From Ranitomeya imitator (taxonomy: Eukaryota), in NCBI RefSeq assembly GCF_032444005.1, contig NC_091287.1, forward strand, positions 536,858,001-536,922,000: a stretch of DNA of 64,000 nt. Direction: 5' to 3'. The notes below the pieces were generated by a model. The model ran no database searches and was not told the DNA's origin. It saw nothing but the letters and a program-made list of their open reading frames with translations. The position numbers were made by a program, and so were the translations under genes. This document shows positions 59,559 to 64,000 of this stretch, in pieces. The first letter of the stretch is position 1, and every line of letters starts with the position of its first letter.

Positions 59559-61236
59559 GAATAGTGAGTGCAGCTCTGAAGCATGATACAAAATTAAACT
59601 CCAGATCAGTACAGTATAAGGAATGTATGTACACAGTGACTGCACTAGCAGAATAATGAGTGCAGCTCTGGGGTATAATACAGGATGTAACTCAGGATCA
59701 GTAATGTAATGTATGTACACAGTGACTGCACCAGCAGAATAGTGAGTGCAGCTCTGGGGTATAATACAGGATGTAACTCAGGATCAGTAATGTAATGAAT
59801 GTACACAGTGACTGCACCAGCAGAATAGTGAGTGCAGCTCTGGAGTATAATACAGGATGTAACTCGGGATCAGTAATGTAATGTATGTACACAGTGACTG
59901 CACCAGCAGAATAGTGAGTGCAGCTCTGGGGTATAATACAGGATGTAACTCAGGATCAGTAATGTAATGTATGTACACAGTGACTGCTCCAGCAGAATAG
60001 TGAGTGCAGCTCTGGACTCTAATACAGGATGTAACTCAGGATCAGTAATGTAATATATGTACAAAGTGACTGCTCCAGCAGAATAGTGAGTGCAGCTCTG
60101 GACTATAATACAGGATGTAACTCAGGATCAGTAATGTAATGTGTGTACACAGTGACTGCACCAGCAGAATAGTGAGTGCAGCTCCGGGGTATAATACAGG
60201 ATGTAACTCAGGATCAATACAGGATCAGTAATGTAATGCATGTATACAGTGACTGCACCAGCAGAATAGTGAGTGCAGCTCTTGAGTATAATACAGGATG
60301 TAACTCAGGATCAGTAATGTAATGTGTGTACACAGTGACTGCACCAGCAGAATAGTGAGTGCAGCTCCGGGGTATAATACAGGATGTAACTCAGGATCAA
60401 TACAGGATCAGTAATGTAATGCATGTATACAGTGACTGCACCAGCAGAATAGTGAGTGCAGCTCTTGAGTATAATACAGGATGTAACTCAGGATCAGTAA
60501 TGTAATGTTGTACACAGTGACTGCACCAGCAGAATAGTGAGTGCAGCTCCGGGGTATAATGCAGGATGTAACTCAGGATCAATACAGGATCAGTAATGTA
60601 ATGCATGTATACAGTGACTGCACCAGCAGAATCGTGAGTGCAGCTCTTGAGTATAATACAGGATGTAACTCAGGATCAGTAATGTATGTACACAGTGACT
60701 GCACCAGCAGAATAGTGAGTGCAGCTCCGGGGTATAATACAGGATGTAACTCAGGATCAATACAGGATCAGTAATGTGATGCATGTATACAGTGACTGCA
60801 TCAGCAGAATAGTGAGTGCAGCACTGGAGTATAAGGGTATGTGCACACGTATAGAGCTCCTCTGTGGATTTTTCCACAGCGGATTTGATAAATCCGCAGG
60901 GGAAAAACGCTGTGGTTTTTACTGCGGATTTATCGCGTTTTCTACTGCGGATTCCGCTGTGGATTTACATCTGCAGTTTTCTATTGGAGCAGATGTAAAA
61001 ACGCTGCGGATTCCGCACAAAGAATTGACATGCTGCGGAAAATAAAATGCTACGTTTCCGCGCGTTTTTTTCCTGCAGCATGGGCACAGCGTTTTCGGTT
61101 TCCCATAGGTTTACATTGTACTGTAAACTCATGGGAAACTGCTGCGGACCCGCAGCTGGGGAAACGCTGCGGAGCCGTAGCAAAATCCGCAACGTGTGCA
61201 CATACCCTAATACAGGATGTAACTCAGGATCAGTAA
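59559..61236 (-). repeat. 86-bp satellite array in opposite orientation to the other arrays
   Basis: Reverse-complement monomers (gaatagtgagtgcagctctggagtataatacaggatgtaactcaggatcagtaatg). Confidence 0.95.
60835..61207. mobile_element. PIF/Harbinger-type MITE (373 bp) inserted in the satellite
   Basis: TIR GGGTATGTGCACACGT; TAA TSD at 60832-34 and 61208-10. Confidence 0.92.
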
Positions 61237-61339
61237 AAGTTAAGCATACATCCCATCATTTGAAGAATGGAAAGAGGGACAAATTATGCAGTGTGGGCAG
61301 CAAATTTTGGCCACTCCATCTCAGACAGATGTCTGTCCA

Positions 61340-61690
61340 GCCTTTGTTATAAAACTTCCATTAAAGGAGAAACCACCTCTTGTGGCAGCCTGTTCCACTT
61401 ATTGATCACCCTCACTGTCAAAAGGTTTTTCTAATATCTAATCTGTATCTTCTCCCTTTCAGTTTCATTCCATTTCTTTTCGTGTTTCCATGTGCAAATG
61501 AGAATAATGATGATCCCTCTACACTGTGACAGCCCTTCAGATATTTGTAGACAACTATTAAGTCTCCTCTTAGCCTTCTTTTTTTGCGAGGTAAACATTT
61601 CCGGATCCTTTAACCGTTCCTCATAGTTTGCAGTCCGCTCACCATCCTGTTCACTCTTCTCTGAACTTGCTCCAGTTTTTCAATGTCTTT
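61340..61690 (-). mobile_element. Decayed CR1 ORF2 3' fragment
   Basis: Reverse complement resembles the CR1 segment ...KRRLRGDLI.VYKYLKG...FTVRVINKWNRLP. Confidence 0.7.
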
Positions 61691-62289
61691 TTTATATATG
61701 TGCTCATTTTGTGGATTCTCTTGTTTCATTTATTTTTTTTCTTAATTTTGCATATTCATGGTCTTTATGTTGACAGCACTAGCATTATGTAGTTCCCATG
61801 CAATGCCGTAAATTTGTGGTTGGCAACCTTTACACCCTACCAAAGTGTACGCCGATGTGGATCCCTGTATCATCATATTGACACTCAAGACGGGATCACT
61901 GGGTAACTATGCATTATGTGAGTGATCAAGTGATTACATGGTCAAGTACCTGAGTGAGGCTCCAAAAAAATGTGAAAAATATGATTAAAAAAATGTTTAG
62001 AAATACAAAAAAAAAAAGAAATAAACACAAAAGTTTACCACTTTAGAAATTCATGAACAAATTAATTGTAATGTATTTTGTATAATGACAATAACTTTAG
62101 AATTATCCCCGTATTTCACCCACCAGTTAAATGTTATTAAAAAAAAAATAATGGCAATATTCGCCCCCAGATTCCACCCCAAAAATATAATGAAAAGTTA
62201 TCTTAATATCATTTTCACAGTAACAACGAAAATACCAACTCATGCCACAACAAACAAGCCTTCATACAATTTCATCAACAGAACAAAAA

Positions 62290-62345
<56 letters not shown>

Positions 62346-63010
62346 GTATTGGCCACAAAAGCAAAAGTTTTTTTAAGTGATTTTATTACGGAAAAAACAA
62401 ACAAAAAATTACTATATGATTTTGGTATCATACTAATCTGCAGAATAAAGATATCATATGACTAAGAAAAATAAATAAAAAATACTTTAGAAGTACCCCA
62501 AAATCATGCCATTAAAAAATAAGCGATGTAAAACACCAAAAATTAGAAATGTAATATTTATTGTAGGGCAAAAATTAAAAAAATTGAAAAATAGCTAAGA
62601 GATAGTGTATGAGTCCAATGTATTCAGTCTTCACGCACCCAGCCTGAGTGATAGCTTGTTGGGTAAAAATTGAGTTAAAACTGTAAAAAAAATTAATTAT
62701 ACAGTCATTCCAACATGGATTTTCAAAGTAAGTGCACCAGCCTCATCGTGTCCCAGAGGTCTATTTAATAATGTATGCAGTTTGTGTTGTAAAATCTTGT
62801 TTCTCTTGTAAAAAGGACCAGTGATCAGGTGAAAAGTGTCCAGTTTTTGCTTTTATTTTATTCCTGCTGCTCCCCTGAATTTTCAGTTTTGTTCTGTTTT
62901 TAATCTGCCATACAGTCCCAGAGAAATTACCCTTTTATTTAGCGCTAATTTTCATGATCTTTATCAATAGGGCGTGGCTCACAGTGTAGTTAAGCAGATC
63001 AGCCCAATGA

Positions 63011-63492
63011 CATGCCCCAGAGGATCTTATGAGCCTCGCCCCAGAGGATCTTATGAGCTTCGCCCCAGAGGATCTTATGAGCCACGCCCCAGAGGATCTT
63101 ATGAGCCACGCCCCAGAGGATCTTATGAGCCACGCCCCAGAGGATCTTATGAGCCACGCCCCAGAGGATCTTATGAGCCACGCCCCAGAGGATCTTATGA
63201 GCCACGCCCCAGAGGATCTTATGAGCCACGCCCCAGAGGATCTTATGAGCCACGCCTCAGAGGATCTTATGAGCCTCGCCCCAGAGGATCTTATGAGCCT
63301 CACCCCAGAGGATCTTATGAGCCATGCCCCAGAGGATCTTATGAGCCTCGCCCCAGAGGATCTTATGAGCCTCGCCCCAGAGGATCTTATGAGCCATGCC
63401 CCAGAGGATCTTATGAGCCATGCCCCAGAGGATCTTATGAGCCACGCCCCAGAGGATCTTATAAGCCACACCCCAGAGGATCTTATGAGCCC
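63011..63492. repeat. 24-bp minisatellite, about 20 copies
   Basis: Unit cgccccagaggatcttatgagcca. Confidence 0.95.
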
Positions 63493-64000
63493 CACACCTT
63501 TGAAACCACTATGAAAATAAATACAAAATAAAAAAGTCTATTTGTCTGGAACCATAAGGTGCATAAAAAAACAAGAATATTCAATGAAGCAGTAGGAATA
63601 AAATAAGAGCAAAAACTGTACACTTTTAACCTGGTGACAGGTCCTCTTTATGTAGAAAAATGGTGTTTATAGTGTGCAAAATTGCTAAAGTTTTTTAAAT
63701 CTCTTTTTTATGATTTTTCTATAGCTATAAAGTTAGCAAACTGCAGAATTTATGCTTTATCGCACCTGGAATTTGGAGCCTAGAGTGGCCCAAAAGATCT
63801 TTACGACCCATATGAGAAGAGAAGACGATTTTGCTTTGAGGTCCTGGAACTTCAGCTTAGACCACTACCCTGCCCCCTTAACAAGATTCTGGTTGAACTT
63901 CAAGAATGTGTTCCAAGATCTTGCCTTTTGTATCCCGGCTGTGGACATGAGCCCGTTGGGCTCCCCTCGGTGATAAGCCCGTTTTGTTTTTTTTTTACTG

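Noticed and set aside
62935-63531. ORFs of 161-186 aa with 8-aa repeats (RGSYEPRP, WLIRSSGA, APEDLMSH)
   Set aside because: A 24-bp minisatellite without stops in several frames on both strands; no evidence favouring one frame.

Overview
Eukaryotic, repeat-saturated DNA with no recognisable host gene. The repeat landscape (L2, CR1, Tx1, Tc1, PIF/Harbinger, Kolobok/T2 and hAT MITEs, Gypsy-like solo LTRs, an 86-bp satellite) suggests an amphibian, probably a frog; this is inference. The first 13 kb is a nested stack. A full-length but dead Tx1/L1-clade retrotransposon (minus strand, 287-13190) sits inside the 86-bp satellite. It was hit by a young L2 LINE with an intact 945-aa ORF2, by a solo LTR, and by a 4.5-copy array of a 352-bp non-coding unit. 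Each complete unit carries a type I hammerhead ribozyme (CUGAUGA...GAAA...GUC) with a palindromic stem III. The array is almost perfectly homogeneous, circularly permuted, and flanked by a 74-bp target duplication. This is the expected footprint of a retrozyme (self-cleaving circRNA retroelement) and is the main finding. A second, Penelope-type minimal hammerhead lies in a TSD-flanked, partly inverted insertion at 57.7-58.9 kb. The rest of the window is TEs, solo LTRs, minisatellites and satellite arrays, one with a 1601-bp higher-order repeat. All coordinates and alignments were read by eye.
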